NCBI GenBank assembly: GCA_002269645.1
Contig: NIVC01000211.1
Coordinates: 496,001 to 560,000 of the forward strand
Source: Macrostomum lignano
Taxonomy: Eukaryota
Reading direction: 5' to 3'
Length of the DNA: 64,000 nt
Part shown: positions 1-13,611 of the stretch, piece by piece
How the letters are laid out: every line of letters begins with the position of its first letter
Numbering within the stretch: the first letter of the stretch is position 1
The notes under the pieces: generated by a model
Told to the model about the DNA's origin: nothing
Database searches by the model: none
The model's input: the letters and a program-made list of their open reading frames with translations, nothing else
Made by a program: the position numbers and the translations under genes

Positions 1-3000
1 GTGTCTTAGTGCCTGTGTGTCTTAGTGCATGGTGTCTTAGTGCCTGTGTGTCTTAGTGCCTGTGTGTCTTAGTGCATGGTGTCTTAGTGCCTGTGTCTTA
101 GTGCCTGTGTGTCTTAGTGCCTGTGTGTCTTAGTGCCTGTGTGTCTTAGTGCCTGTGTGTCTTAGTGCATGGTGTCTTAGTGCCTGTGTCTTAGTGCCTG
201 TGTGTCTTAGTGCCTGTGTGTCTTAGTGCCTGTGTGTCTTAGTGCCTGTGTGTCTTAGTGCTGTGTGTCTTAGTGTATGGGTGTCTTAGTGCCTGTGTGT
301 CTTAGTGCTGTGTGTTTAGTGCCTGTGTGTCTTAGTGCCTGTGTGTCTTAGTGCCTGTGTGTCTTAGTGCATGGTGTCTTAGTGCCTGTGTCTTAGTGCC
401 TGTGTGTCTTAGTGCTGTGTGTCTTAGTGCATGGTGTCTTAGTGCCTGTGTGTCTTAGTGCCGTGTGTCTTAGTGCCTGTGTGTCTTAGTGCATGGTGTC
501 TTAGTGCCTGTGTGTCTTAGTGCCTGTGTGTCTTAGTGCAGTGTGTTTAGTGCCTGTGTGTCTTAGTGCCTGTGTGTCTTAGTGCATGGTGTCTTAGTGC
601 ATGGTGTCTTAGTGCCTGTGTCTTAGTGCCTGTGTGTCTTAGTGCCTGTGTGTCTTAGTGCATGGGTGTCTTAGTGCCTGTGTGTCTTAGTGCCTGTGTG
701 TCTTAGTGCCTGTGTGTCTTAGTGCCTGTGTGTCTTAGTGCTGTGTGTCTTAGTGCCTGTGTGTCTTAGTGCCTGTGTGTCTTTGTGCCTGAGTGTCTTA
801 GTGCCTGTGTGTCTTAGTGCATGGTGTCTTAGTGCCTGTGTCTTAGTGCCTGTGTGTCTTAGTGCCTGTGTGTCTTAGTGCCTGTGTGTCTTAGTGCTGT
901 GTGTCTTAGTGCATGGGTGTCTTAGTGCCTGTGTGTCTTAGTGCCGTGTGTCTTAGTGCCTGTGTGTCTTAGTGTATGGGTGTCTTAGTGCCTGTGTGTC
1001 TTAGTGCCTGTGTGTCTTAGTGCTGTGTGTCTTAGTGCCTGTGTGTCTTAGTGCCTGTGTGTCTTAGTGCATGGGTGTCTTAGTGCCTGTGTCTTAGTGC
1101 CTGTGTCTTAGTGCCTGTGTCTTAGTGCCTGTGTGTCTTAGTGCATGGCTGTCTTAGTGCCTGTGTCTTTTTCTTTGTCTGTCTTAGTGCCTGTGTGTCT
1201 TAGTGCCTGTGTGTCTTAGTGCCTGTGTGTCTTAGTGCATGGGTGTCTTAGTGCCTGTGTCTTAGTGCCTGTGTCTTAGTGCCTGTGTGTCTTAGTGCAT
1301 GGCTGTCTTAGTGCCTGTGTCTTTTTCTTTGTCTGTCTTAGTGCCTGTGTGTCTTAGTGCCTGTGTGTCTTAGTGCCTGTGTGTCTTAGTGCATGGGTGT
1401 CTTAGTGCCTGTGTGTCTTAGTGCCTGTGTCTTAGTGCCTGTGTGTCTTAGTGCATGGTGTCTTAGTGCCTGTGTGTCTTAGTGCCTGTGTGTCTTAGTG
1501 CCTGTGTGTCTTAGTGCAGTGTGTTTTAGTGCCTGTGTGTCTTAGTGCCTGTGTGTCTTAGTGCATGGTGTCTTAGTGCATGGTGTCTTAGTGCCTGTGT
1601 CTTAGTGCCTGTGTGTCTTAGTGCCTGTGTGTCTTAGTGCATGGTGTCTTAGTGCCTGTGTGTCTTAGTGCCTGTGTGTCTTAGTGCCTGTGTGTCTTAG
1701 TGCCTGTGTGTCTTAGTGATGTGTGTTTAGTGCCTGTGTGTCTTAGTGCCTGTGTGTCTTAGTGCCTGAGTGTCTTAGTGCCTGTGTGTCTAGTGCATGG
1801 TGTCTTAGTGCCTGTGTCTTAGTGCCTGTGTGTCTTAGTGCCTGTGTGTCTTAGTGCCTGTGTGTCTTAGTGCTTGTGTGTCTTAGTGCATGGTGTCTTA
1901 GTGCCTGTGTGTCTTAGTGCCTGTGTCTTAGTGCCTGTGTGTCTTAGTGTATGGTGTCTTAGTGCCTGTGTGTCTTAGTGCCTGTGTGTCTTAGTGCTGT
2001 GTGTCTTAGTGCCTGTGTGTCTTAGTGCCTGTGTGTCTTAGTGCATGGTGTCTTAGTGCCTGTGTCTTAGTGCCTGTGTCTTAGTGCCTGTGTCTTAGTG
2101 CCTGTGTGTCTTAGTGCCTGTGTCTTTTTCTTTGTCTGTCTTAGTGCCTGTGTGTCTTAGTGCCTGTGTGTCTTAGTGCCTGTGTGTCTTAGTGCATGGT
2201 GTCTTAGTGCCTGTGTCTTAGTGCCTGTGTCTTAGTGCCTGTGTGTCTTAGTGCATGGTGTCTTAGTGCCTGTGTGTCTTAGTGCCTGTGTGTCTTAGTG
2301 CCTGTGTGTCTTAGTGCAGTGTGTCTTAGTGCCTGTGTGTCTTAGTGCCTGTGTGTCTTAGTGCATGGTGTCTTAGTGCCTGGTGTCTTAGTGCCTGTGT
2401 CTTAGTGCCTGTGTGTCTTAGTGCCTGTGTGTCTTAGTGCCTGTGTGTCTTAGTGCCTGTGTGTCTTAGTGCCTGTGTGTCTTAGTGCCTGTGTGTCTTA
2501 GTGCCTGTGTGTCTTAGTGACTGTGTGTTTAGTGCCTGTGTGTCTTAGTGCCTGTGTGTCTTAGTGCCTGTGTGTCTTAGTGCCTGTGTCTAGTGCATGG
2601 TGTCTTAGTGCCTGTGTCTTAGTGCCTGTGTGTCTTAGTGCCTGTGTGTGTTAGTGCCTGTGTGTCTTAGTGCTGTGTGTCTTAGTGCATGGTGTCTTAG
2701 TGCCTGTGTGTCTTAGTGCCCGTGTGTCTTAGTGCCTGTGTGTCTTAGTGTATGGTGTCTTAGTGCCTGTGTGTCTTAGTGCCTGTGTGTCTTAGTGCTG
2801 TGTGTCTTAGTGCCTGTGTGTCTTAGTGCCTGTGTGTCTTAGTGCATGGGTGTCTTAGTGCCTGTGTCTTAGTGCCTGTGTCTTAGTGCCTGTGTCTTAG
2901 TGCCTGTGTGTCTTAGTGCCTGTGTCTTAGTGCCTGTGTCTTAGTGCCTGTGTCTTAGTGCCTGTGTCTTAGTGCCTGTGTGTCTTAGTGCATGGCTGTC

Positions 3001-6000
3001 TTAGTGCCTGTGTCTTTTTCTTTGTCTGTCTTAGTGCCTGTGTGTCTTAGTGCCTGTGTGTCTTAGTGCCTGTGTGTCTTAGTGCATGGGTGTCTTAGTG
3101 CCTGTGTCTTAGTGCCTGTGTCTTAGTGCCTGTGTGTCTTAGTGCATGGTGTCTTAGTGCCTGTGTCTTTTTCTTTGTCTGTCTTAGTGCCTGTGTCTTT
3201 TCTTTGTCTGTCTTAGTGCCTGTGTCTTAGTGCCTGTGTCTTAGTGCCTGTGTCTTAGTGCCTGTGTCTTAGTGCCTGTGTCTTAGTGCCTGTGTCTTAG
3301 TGCCTGTGTGTCTTAGTGCATGGTGTCTTAGTGCTGTGTCTTTTTCTTTGTCTGTCTTAGTGCCTGTGTGTCTTAGTGCCTGTGTGTCTTAGTGCCTGTG
3401 TGTCTTAGTGCATGGGTGTCTTAGTGCCTGTGTGTCTTAGTGCCTGTGTGTCTTAGTGCCTGTGTGTCTTAGTGCCTGTGTGTCTTAGTGCTGTGTGTTT
3501 AGTGCCAGTGTGTCTTAGTGCCTGTGTGTCTTAGTGCCTGGTGTCTTAGTGCCTGTGTGTCTTAGTGCATGGTGTCTTAGTGCCTGTGTCTTAGTGCCTG
3601 TGTGTCTTAGTGCCTGTGTGTCTTAGTGCCTGTGTGTCTTAGTGCTGTGTGTCTTAGTGCATGGGTGTCTTAGTGCCTGTGTGTCTTAGTGCCGTGTGTC
3701 TTAGTGCCTGTGTGTCTTAGTGTATGGTGTCTTAGTGCCTGTGTGTCTTAGTGCCTGTGTGTCTTAGTGCCTGTGTGTCTTAGTGCCTGTGTGTCTTAGT
3801 GCCTGTGTGTCTTAGTGCATGGGTGTCTTAGTGCCTGTGTCTTAGTGCCTGTGTCTTAGTGCCTGTGTCTTAGTGCCTGTGTGTCTTAGTGCCTGTGTCT
3901 TAGTGCCTGTGTCTTAGTGCCTGTGTCTTAGTGCCTGTGTCTTAGTGCCTGTGTGTCTTAGTGCATGGCTGTCTTAGTGCCTGTGTCTTTTTCTTTGTCT
4001 GTCTTAGTGCCTGTGTCTTAGTGCCTGTGTGTCTTAGTGCTTGTGTGTCTTAGTGCATGGGTGTCTTAGTGCCTGTGTGTCTTAGTGCCCGTGTGTCTTA
4101 GTGCCTGTGTGTCTTAGTGTATGGGTGTCTTAGTGCCTGTGTGTCTTAGTGCCTGTGTGTCTTAGTGCTGTGTGTCTTAGTGCCTGTGTGTCTTAGTGCC
4201 TGTGTGTCTTAGTGCATGGGTGTCTTAGTGCCTGTGTCTTAGTGCCTGTGTCTTAGTGCCTGTGTCTTAGTGCCTGTGTGTCTTAGTGCCTGTGTCTTTT
4301 TCTTTGTCTGTCTTAGTGCCTGTGTGTCTTAGTGCCTGTGTGTCTTAGTGCCTGTGTGTCTTAGTGCATGGTGTCTTAGTGCCTGTGTCTTAGTGCCTGT
4401 GTCTTAGTGCCTGTGTGTCTTAGTGCATGGTGTCTTAGTGCCTGTGTGTCTTAGTGCCTGTGTGTCTTAGTGCCTGTGTGTCTTAGTGCAGTGTGTTTTA
4501 GTGCCTGTGTGTCTTTGTGCCTGTGTGTCTTAGTGCATGGTGTCTTAGTGCATGGTGTCTTAGTGCCTGTGTCTTAGTGCCTGTGTGTCTTAGTGCCTGT
4601 GTGTCTTAGTGCCTGTGTGTCTTAGTGCCTGTGTGTCTTAGTGCCTGTGTGTCTTAGTGCCTGTGTGTCTTAGTGCCTGTGTGTCTTAGTGACTGTGTGT
4701 TTAGTGCCTGTGTGTCTTAGTGCCTGTGTGTCTTAGTGCCTGAGTGTCTTAGTGCCTGTGTCTAGTGCATGGTGTCTTAGTGCCTGTGTCTTAGTGCCTG
4801 TGTGTCTTAGTGCCTGTGTGTTTAGTGCCTGTGTGTCTTAGTGCTTGTGTCTTAGTGCATGGGTGTCTTAGTGCCTGTGTGTCTTAGTGCCGTGTGTCTT
4901 AGTGCCTGTGTGTCTTAGTGTATGGTGTCTTAGTGCCTGTGTGTCTTAGTGCCTGTGTGTCTTAGTGCCTGTGTGTCTTAGTGCCTGTGTGTCTTAGTGC
5001 CTGTGTGTCTTAGTGCATGGGTGTCTTAGTGCCTGTGTCTTAGTGCCTGTGTCTTAGTGCCTGTGTCTTAGTGCCTGTGTGTCTTAGTGCCTGTGTCTTA
5101 GTGCCTGTGTCTTAGTGCCTGTGTCTTAGTGCCTGTGTCTTAGTGCCTGTGTGTCTTAGTGCATGGCTGTCTTAGTGCCTGTGTCTTTTTCTTTGTCTGT
5201 CTTAGTGCCTGTGTGTCTTAGTGCCTGTGTGTCTTAGTGCCTGTGTGTCTTAGTGCATGGGTGTCTTAGTGCCTGTGTCTTAGTGCCTGTGTCTTAGTGC
5301 CTGTGTGTCTTAGTGCATGGCTGTCTTAGTGCCTGTGTCTTTTTCTTTGTCTGTCTTAGTGCCTGTGTCTTTTTCTTTGTCTGTCTTAGTGCCTGTGTCT
5401 TAGTGCCTGTGTCTTAGTGCCTGTGTCTTAGTGCCTGTGTCTTAGTGCCTGTGTCTTAGTGCCTGTGTCTTAGTGCCTGTGTGTCTTAGTGCATGGCTGT
5501 CTTAGTGACTGTGTCTTTTTCTTTGTCTGTCTTAGTGCCTGTGTGTCTTAGTGCCTGTGTGTCTTAGTGCCTGTGTGTCTTAGTGCATGGGTGTCTTAGT
5601 GCCTGTGTGTCTTAGTGCCTGTGTGTCTTAGTGCCTGTGTGTCTTAGTGCCTGTGTGTCTTAGTGACTGTGTGTTTTAGTGCCAGTGTGTCTTAGTGCCT
5701 GTGTGTCTTTGTGCCTGAGTGTCTTAGTGCCTGTGTGTTTAAGTGCATAGGTGTGTTAGTGCCTGTGTCTTAGTGCCTGTGTGTCTTAGTGCCTGTGTGT
5801 CTTAGTGCCTGTGTGTCTTAGTGCTTGTGTGTCTTAGTGCATGGGTGTCTTAGTGCCTGTGTGTCTTAGTGCCCGTGTGTCTTAGTGCCTGTGTGTCTTA
5901 GTGTATGGGTGTCTTAGTGCCTGTGTGTCTTAGTGCCTGTGTGTCTTAGTGACTGTGTGTCTTAGTGCCTGTGTGTCTTAGTGCCTGTGTGTCTTAGTGC

Positions 6001-9000
6001 ATGGGTGTCTTAGTGCCTGTGTCTTAGTGCCTGTGTCTTAGTGCCTGTGTCTTAGTGCCTGTGTGTCTTAGTGCCTGTGTCTTAGTGCCTGTGTCTTAGT
6101 GCCTGTGTCTTAGTGCCTGTGTCTTAGTGCCTGTGTGTCTTAGTGCATGGCTGTCTTAGTGCCTGTGTCTTTTTCTTTGTCTGTCTTAGTGCCTGTGTCT
6201 TAGTGCCTGTGTGTCTTAGTGCTGTGTGTCTTAGTGCCTGTGTCTTAGTGCCTGTGTCTTAGTGCCTGTGTCTTAGTGCCTGTGTCTTAGTGCCTGTGTG
6301 TCTTAGTGCATGGCTGTCTTAGTGCCTGTGTCTTTTTCTTTGTCTGTCTTAGTGCCTGTGTGTCTTAGTGCCTGTGTGTCTTAGTGCCTGTGTCTTAGTG
6401 CCTGTGTGTCTTAGTGCCTGTGTCTTAGTGCCTGTGTCTTAGTGCCTGTGTGTCTTAGTGACTGTGTGTTTTAGTGCCTGTGTGTCTTAGTGCCTGTGTG
6501 TCTTAGTGCCTGTGTGTCTTAGGCATAGGTGTCTTAGTGCCTGTGTCTTAGTGCCTGTGTGTCTTAGTGCTTGTGTGTCTTAGTGCATGGGTGTCTTAGT
6601 GCCTGTGTGTCTTAGTGCTTGTGTGTCTTAGTGCATGGGTGTCTTAGTGCCTGTGTGTCTTAGTGCCCGTGTGTCTTAGTGCCTGTGTGTCTTAGTGTAT
6701 GGGTGTCTTAGTGCCTGTGTGTCTTAGTGCCTGTGTGTCTTAGTGACTGTGTGTCTTAGTGCCTGTGTGTCTTAGTGCCTGTGTGTCTTAGTGCATGGGT
6801 GTCTTAGTGCCTGTGTCTTAGTGCCTGTGTCTTAGTGCCTGTGTCTTAGTGCCTGTGTGTCTTAGTGCCTGTGTCTTAGTGCCTGTGTCTTAGTGCCTGT
6901 GTGTCTTAGTGCATGGCTGTCTTAGTGCCTGTGTCTTTTCTTTGTCTGTCTTAGTGCCTGTGTGTCTTAGTGCCTGTGTGTCTTAGTGCCTGTGTGTCTT
7001 AGTGCATGGGTGTCTTAGTGACTGTGTGTCTTAGTGCCTGTGTGTCTTAGTGCCTGTGTGTCTTAGTGCATGGTGTCTTAGTGCCTGTGTCTTAGTGCCT
7101 GTGTCTTAGTGCCTGTGTCTTAGTGCCTGTGTGTCTTAGTGCCTGTGTCTTAGTGCCTGTGTCTTAGTGCCTGTGTGTCTTAGTGCATGGCTGTCTTAGT
7201 GCCTGTGTCTTTTTCTTTGTCTGTCTTAGTGCCTGTGTGTCTTAGTGCCTGTGTGTCTTAGTGCCTGTGTGTCTTAGTGCATGGGTGTCTTAGTGCCTGT
7301 GTCTTAGTGCCTGTGTCTTAGTGCCTGTGTGTCTTAGTGCATGGCTGTCTTAGTGCCTGTGTCTTTTTCTTTGTCTGTCTTAGTGCCTGTGTCTTTTTCT
7401 TTGTCTGTCTTAGTGCCTGTGTCTTAGTGCCTGTGTCTTAGTGCCTGTGTCTTAGTGCCTGTGTCTTAGTGCCTGTGTCTTAGTGCCTGTGTCTTAGTGC
7501 CTGTGTGTCTTAGTGCATGGCTGTCTTAGTGACTGTGTCTTTTTCTTTGTCTGTCTTAGTGCCTGTGTGTCTTAGTGCCTGTGTGTCTTAGTGCCTGTGT
7601 GTCTTAGTGCATGGGTGTCTTAGTGCCTGTGTGTCTTAGTGCCTGTGTGTCTTAGTGCCTGTGTGTCTTAGTGCCTGTGTGTCTTAGTGACTGTGTATTT
7701 TAGTGCCTGTGTGTCTTAGTGCCTGTGTGTCTTTGTGCCTGAGTGTCTTAGTGCCTGTGTGTCTAAGTGCATAGGTGTCTTAGTGCCTGTGTCTTAGTGC
7801 CTGTGTGTCTTAGTGCCTGTGTGTCTTAGTGCCTGTGTGTCTTAGTGCTTGTGTGTCTTAGTGCATGGGTGTCTTAGTGCCTGTGTGTCTTAGTGCCCGT
7901 GTGTCTTAGTGCCTGTGTGTCTTAGTGTATGGGTGTCTTAGTGCCTGTGTGTCTTAGTGCCTGTGTGTCTTAGTGACTGTGTGTCTTAGTGCCTGTGTGT
8001 CTTAGTGCCTGTGTGTCTTAGTGCATGGGTGTCTTAGTGCCTGTGTCTTAGTGCCTGTGTCTTAGTGCCTGTGTCTTAGTGCCTGTGTGTCTTAGTGCAT
8101 GGCTGTCTTAGTGCCTGTGTCTTTTTCTTTGTCTGTCTTAGTGCCTGTGTGTCTTAGTGCCTGTGTGTCTTAGTGCCTGTGTGTCTTAGTGCATGGGTGT
8201 CTTAGTGCCTGTGTCTTAGTGCCTGTGTCTTAGTGCCTGTGTGTCTTAGTGCATGGCTGTCTTAGTGCCTGTGTCTTTTTCTTTGTCTGTCTTAGTGCCT
8301 GTGTGTCTTAGTGCCTGTGTGTCTTAGTGCCTGTGTGTCTTAGTGCATGGGTGTCTTAGTGCCTGTGTCTTAGTGCCTGTGTCTTAGTGCCTGTGTGTCT
8401 TAGTGCATGGCTGTCTTAGTGCCTGTGTCTTTTTCTTTGTCTGTCTTAGTGCCTGTGTGTCTTAGTGCCTGTGTGTCTTAGTGCCTGTGTGTCTTAGTGC
8501 ATGGGTGTCTTAGTGCCTGTGTCTTAGTGCCTGTGTCTTAGTGCCTGTGTGTCTTAGTGCATGGCTGTCTTAGTGCCTGTGTGTCTTAGTGCCTGTGTGT
8601 CTTAGTGCCTGTGTGTCTTAGTGACAGTGTGTTTTAGTGCCTGTGTGTCTTTGTGCCTGTGTGTCTTAGTGCATAGGTGTCTTAGTGCATAGGTGTCTTA
8701 GTGCCTGTGTCTTAGTGCCTGTGTGTCTTAGTGCCTGTGTGTCTTAGTGCATGGGTGTCTTAGTGCCTGTGTGTCTTAGTGCCTGTGTGTCTTAGTGCCT
8801 GTGTGTCTTAGTGCCTGTGTGTCTTAGTGACTGTGTGTTTTAGTGCCTGTGTGTCTTAGTGCCTGTGTGTCTTTGTGCCTTAGTGTCTTAGTGCCTGTGT
8901 GTCTAAGTGCATAGGTGTCTTAGTGCCTGTGTCTTAGTGCCTGTGTGTCTTAGTGCCTGTGTGTCTTAGTGCCTGTGTGTCTTAGTGCTTGTGTGTCTTA

Positions 9001-9750
9001 GTGCATGGGTGTCTTAGTGCCTGTGTGTCTTAGTGCCCGTGTGTCTTAGTGCCTGTGTGTCTTAGTGTATGGGTGTCTTAGTGCCTGTGTGTCTTAGTGC
9101 CTGTGTGTCTTAGTGACTGTGTGTCTTAGTGCCTGTGTGTCTTAGTGCCTGTGTGTCTTAGTGCATGGGTGTCTTAGTGCCTGTGTCTTTTTCTTTGTCT
9201 GTCTTAGTGCCTGTGTGTCTTAGTGCCTGTGTGTCTTAGTGCCTGTGTGTCTTAGTGCATGGGTGTCTTAGTGCCTGTGTCTTAGTGCCTGTGTCTTAGT
9301 GCCTGTGTGTCTTAGTGCATGGCTGTCTTAGTGCCTGTGTCTTTTTCTTTGTCTGTCTTAGTGCCTGTGTCTTAGTGCCTGTGTCTTAGTGCCTGTGTCT
9401 TAGTGCCTGTGTCTTAGTGCCTGTGTGTCTTAGTGCATGGCTGTCTTAGTGCCTGTGTCTTTTTCTTTGTCTGTCTTAGTGCCTGTGTCTTAGTGCCTGT
9501 GTCTTAGTGCCTGTGTCTTAGTGCCTGTGTCTTAGTGCCTGTGTCTTAGTGCCTGTGTCTTAGTGCCTGTGTGTCTTAGTGCATGGCTGTCTTAGTGCCT
9601 GTGTCTTTTTCTTTGTCTGTCTTAGTGCCTGTGTCTTAGTGCCTGTGTCTTAGTGCCTGTGTCTTAGTGCCTGTGTCTTAGTGCCTGTGTCTTAGTGCCT
9701 GTGTCTTAGTGCCTGTGTGTCTTAGTGCATGGCTGTCTTAGTGACAGTGC
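1..9750. repeat. Satellite array, 14/16-bp unit GTGTCTTAGTGCCT(GT), with recurring variant units (higher-order structure); runs off the left edge
   Basis: Continuous tandem copies read directly. Variants GCATGG(G)TGT, GTCTTTTTCTTTGTCT and GTATGG recur at roughly kb spacing. Confidence 0.97.
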
Positions 9751-10567
9751 CTGTCTGTCTGTCTCTGTCATCCTGCCTATTCTGTAGCAAAATATTAAAA
9801 TCAATCATATAATACCACACACCAGAGTGCAGGGTCACACGGCACAGATGGATTTAACGGTGCAAGCGCTATTCCATGTACAGAATTTTTCGCGCTATGA
9901 ACAACGCTAAGCACACGTAGGCAGTGAAGCTGTTTAAAAAAAACACAGCATGGTGGGAGGTAGCAGAAATGGAATATTTTGGGTGGGAGGAAGATTGGGT
10001 TAGTAAATTATTTATCCCACCCTCAGGCTCAGCGCAGACTCAACCTCAAATATTCAAGTCTGTCTATCTGAGCTCTTTCTATTTTTGTCCACAGCTCTAC
10101 GCGCTAAATTTGGACTTTGAGTTCTATCCTTAACTCCATTTTTCACTCTCCCTTCTCTCCTCTTTCTCCATCGAGTCAGAGCAGTTTTGCGTCCCCGTTT
10201 TCGTCCAGCCCCCCTCTCCCACACCCCAGCCCAGCAACCAGGCTTCCGGCCTTCAGCCGCGAAATCCCAGCCCTTCATCTTCGTCCCCCTCCCTCAGATC
10301 CCTTCGTGCCCAGTGTAGCCACCCACTTCCCCGCTACTCCACTCCCCGGCACAAGCCGCGAGCAGTTGAAGCCGCCTACGCTATGCATATACTTTATTAT
10401 ACACTATTACTATACATAGCCACTCTGCGTTTAACTGCTATAATTACCCGATTATTCTCTGTAAAAACGACTGCGATACGGCCCCTCTTATTTTGGAATG
10501 GTGTAGCATTACATGGCGTGACTGATCGTGGCGCCATCTTTGACTGCGGGTTTTCGCGACTGAATAG

Positions 10568-13500
10568 TCTGGCTGTCTGCCTTGTGTGTGTCCGGCTGTC
10601 TGTGTCCTTGTGTCTGACTGTCTGTCCTTGTGTCTGGCTGTCTGCCTTGTGTGTGTCTGGCTGTCTGTCCCTGTGTCTGGCTGTCTGCCTTGTGTGTGTC
10701 TGGCTGTCTGTCCTTGTGTCTGGCTGTGGCTGTCTGTCCTTGTGTCTGGCTGTCTGTCCTTGTGTCTGGCTGTGGCTGTCTGTCCTTGTGTCTGGCTGTC
10801 TGTCCTTGTGTCTCGTTGTCTGTCCTTGTGTCTGGCTGTCTGTCCTTGTGTCTTGTTGTCTGTCCTTGTGTCTGGCTGTTTGTCATTGTGTCTGGCTGTG
10901 GCTGTCTGTCCTTGTGTCTGGCTGTCTGTACTTGTGTCTAGCTGTCTGCCTTGTGTGTGTCCGGCTGTCTGTGTCCTTGTGTCTGACTGTCTGTCCTTGT
11001 GTCTGGCTGTCTGCCTTGTGTGTGTCTGGCTGTCTGTCCTTGTGTCTGGCTGTCTGTCCTTGTGTCTGGCTGTCTGTCCTTGTGTCTCGCTGTCTGTCCT
11101 TGTGTCTGGCTGTCTGCCTTGTGTGTGTCTGGCTGTCTGTGTCCTTGTGTCTGACCGTCTGTCCTTGTGTCTGGCTGTCTGCCTTGTGTGTGTCTGGCTG
11201 TCTGTCCCTGTGTCTGGCTGTCTGTCCTTGTGTCTCGCTGTCTATCCTTGTGTCTGGCTGTCTGTGTCCTTGTGTCTGACTGTCTGTCCTTGTGTCTGGC
11301 TGTCTGCCTTGTGTGTGTCTGGCTGTCTGTCCTTGTGTCTGGCTGTCTGTCCTTGTGTCTGGCTGTCTGTCCTTGTGTCTCGCTGTCTGTCCTTGTGTCT
11401 GGCTGTCTGCCTTGTGTGTGTCTGGCTGTCTGTGTCCTTGTGTCTGACTGTCTGTCCTTGTGTCTGGCTGTCTGCCTTGTGTGTGTCTGGCTGTCTGTCC
11501 CTGTGTCTGGCTGTCTGTCCTTGTGTCTCGCTGTCTATCCTTGTGTCTGGCTGTCTGTGTCCTTGTGTCTGACTGTCTGTCCTTGTGTCTGGCTGTCTGT
11601 CCTTGTGTCTCGCTGTCTTTCCTTGTGTCTGGCTGTCTGTGTCCTTGTGTCTGACTGTCTGTCCTTGTGTCTGGCTGTCTGCCTTGTGTGTGTCTGGCTG
11701 TCTGTCCTTGTGTCTGGCTGTGGCTGTCTGTCCTTGTGTCTGGCTGTCTGTCCTTGTGTCTGGCTGTCTGCCTTGTGTGTGTCTGGCAGTCTGTCCTTGT
11801 GTCTGGCTGTGGCTGTCTGTCCTTGTGTCTCGTTGTCCGTCCTTGTGTCTGACTGTCTGTCCTTGTGTCTGGCTGTCTGCCTTGTGTGTGTCTGTCTGTC
11901 TGTCCTTGTGTCTGGCTGTCTGTCCCTGTGTCTGGCTGTCTGTCCTTGTGTCTCGCTGTCTGTCCTTGTGTCTGGCTGTCTGTGTCCTTGTGTCTGACTG
12001 TCTGTCCTTGTGTCTGGCTGTCTGTCCTTGTGTCTCGCTGTCTGTCCTTGTGTCTGGCTGTCTGTGTCCTTGTGTCTGACTGTCTGTCCTTGTGTCTGGC
12101 TGTCTGCCTTGTGTGTGTCTGGCTGTCTGTCCTTGTGTCTGGCTGTGGCTGTCTGTCCTTGTGTCTGGCTGTCTGCCTTGTGTCTAGCTGTCTGCCTTGT
12201 GTGTGTCTGGCTGTCTGTCCTTGTGTCTGGCTGTCTGTCCTTGTGTCTGGCTGTCTGCCTTGTGTGTGTCTGGCTGTCTGTCCTTGTGTCTGGCTGTGGC
12301 TGTCTGTCCTTGTGTCTGGCTGTGGCTGTCTGTCCTTGTGTCTGGCTGTGGCTGTCTGTCCTTGTGTCTCGTTGTCCGTCCTTGTGTCTGGCTGTGGCTG
12401 TCTGTCCTTGTGTCTGGCTGTCTGTCCTTGTGTCTTGTTGTCTGTCCTTGTGTCTGGCTGTCTGCCTTGTGTGTGTCTGGCTGTCTGTCCTTGTGTCTGG
12501 CTGTCTGTCCTTGTGTCTGGCTGTCTGCCTTGTGTGTGTCTGGCTGTCTGTCCTTGTGTCTGGCTGTGGCTGTCTGTCCTTGTGTCTGGCTGTGGCTGTC
12601 TGTCCTTGTGTCTGGCTGTGGCTGTCTGTCTTGTCTGGCTGTGGCTGTCTGTCCTTGTGTCTGGCTGTCTGCCTTGTGTGTGTCTGGCTGTCTGTCCTTG
12701 TGTCTGGCTGTGGCTGTCTGTCCTTGTGTCTGGCTGTGGCTGTCTGTCCTTGTGTCTGGCTGTGGCTGTCTGTCCTTGTGTCTGGCTGTGGCTGTCTGTC
12801 CTTGTGTCTCGTTGTCCGTCCTTGTGTCTGGCTGTGGCTGTCTGTCCTTGTGTCTGGCTGTCTGTCCTTGTGTCTTGTTGTCTGTCCTTGTGTCTGGCTG
12901 TCTGCCTTGTGTGTGTCTGGCTGTCTGTCCTTGTGTCTGGCTGTGGCTGTCTGTCCTTGTGTCTGGCTGTCTGTACTTGTGTCCGGCTGTCTGTGTCCTT
13001 GTGTCTGGCTGTGGCTGTCTGTCCTTGTGTCTGGCTGTGGCTGTCTGTCCTTGTGTCTCGTTGTCCGTCCTTGTGTCTGGCTGTGGCTGTCTGTCCTTGT
13101 GTCTGGCTGTCTGTCCTTGTGTCTTGTTGTCTGTCCTTGTGTCTGGCTGTCTGCCTTGTGTGTGTCTGGCTGTCTGTCCTTGTGTCTGGCTGTGGCTGTC
13201 TGTCCTTGTGTCTGGCTGTCTGTACTTGTGTCCGGCTGTCTGTGTCCTTGTGTCTGGCTGTCTGTCCTTGTGTCTAGCTGTCTGCCTTGTGTGTGTCTGG
13301 CTGTCTGTCCTTGTGTCTGGCTGTCTGTACTTGTGTCCGGCTGTCTGTGTCCTTGTGTCTGGCTGTCTGTCCTTGTGTCTAGCTGTCTGCCTTGTGTGTG
13401 TCTGGCTGTCTGTCCTTGTGTCTGGCTGTCTGCCTTGTGTGTGTCTGGCTGTCTGCCTTGTGTGTGGCTGGCTGTCTGTCCTTGTGTCTCGCTGTCTGTC

Positions 13501-13590
13501 CTTGTGTCTGGCTGTCTGCCTTGTGTGTGTCTGGCTGTCTGCCTTGTGTGTGTCTGGCTGTCTGTCTCGTGTGTGTCTGGCTGTCTGTCC
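10568..13590. repeat. Satellite array, about 20-bp unit GTGTCTGGCTGTCTGTCCTT with variants
   Basis: Tandem copies read directly. They explain the many overlapping C/L/S/V-rich and D/R/Q/T-rich ORFs in the track. Confidence 0.96.
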
Positions 13591-13611
13591 GTATGACTTT
13601 GCACCATTCAT

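Noticed and set aside
1-5500. Apparent left-to-right gradient of satellite variants (GG vs GGG, missing single bases)
   Set aside because: Differences are mostly homopolymer or single-base indels typical of long-read consensus error, so they are not treated as biological.
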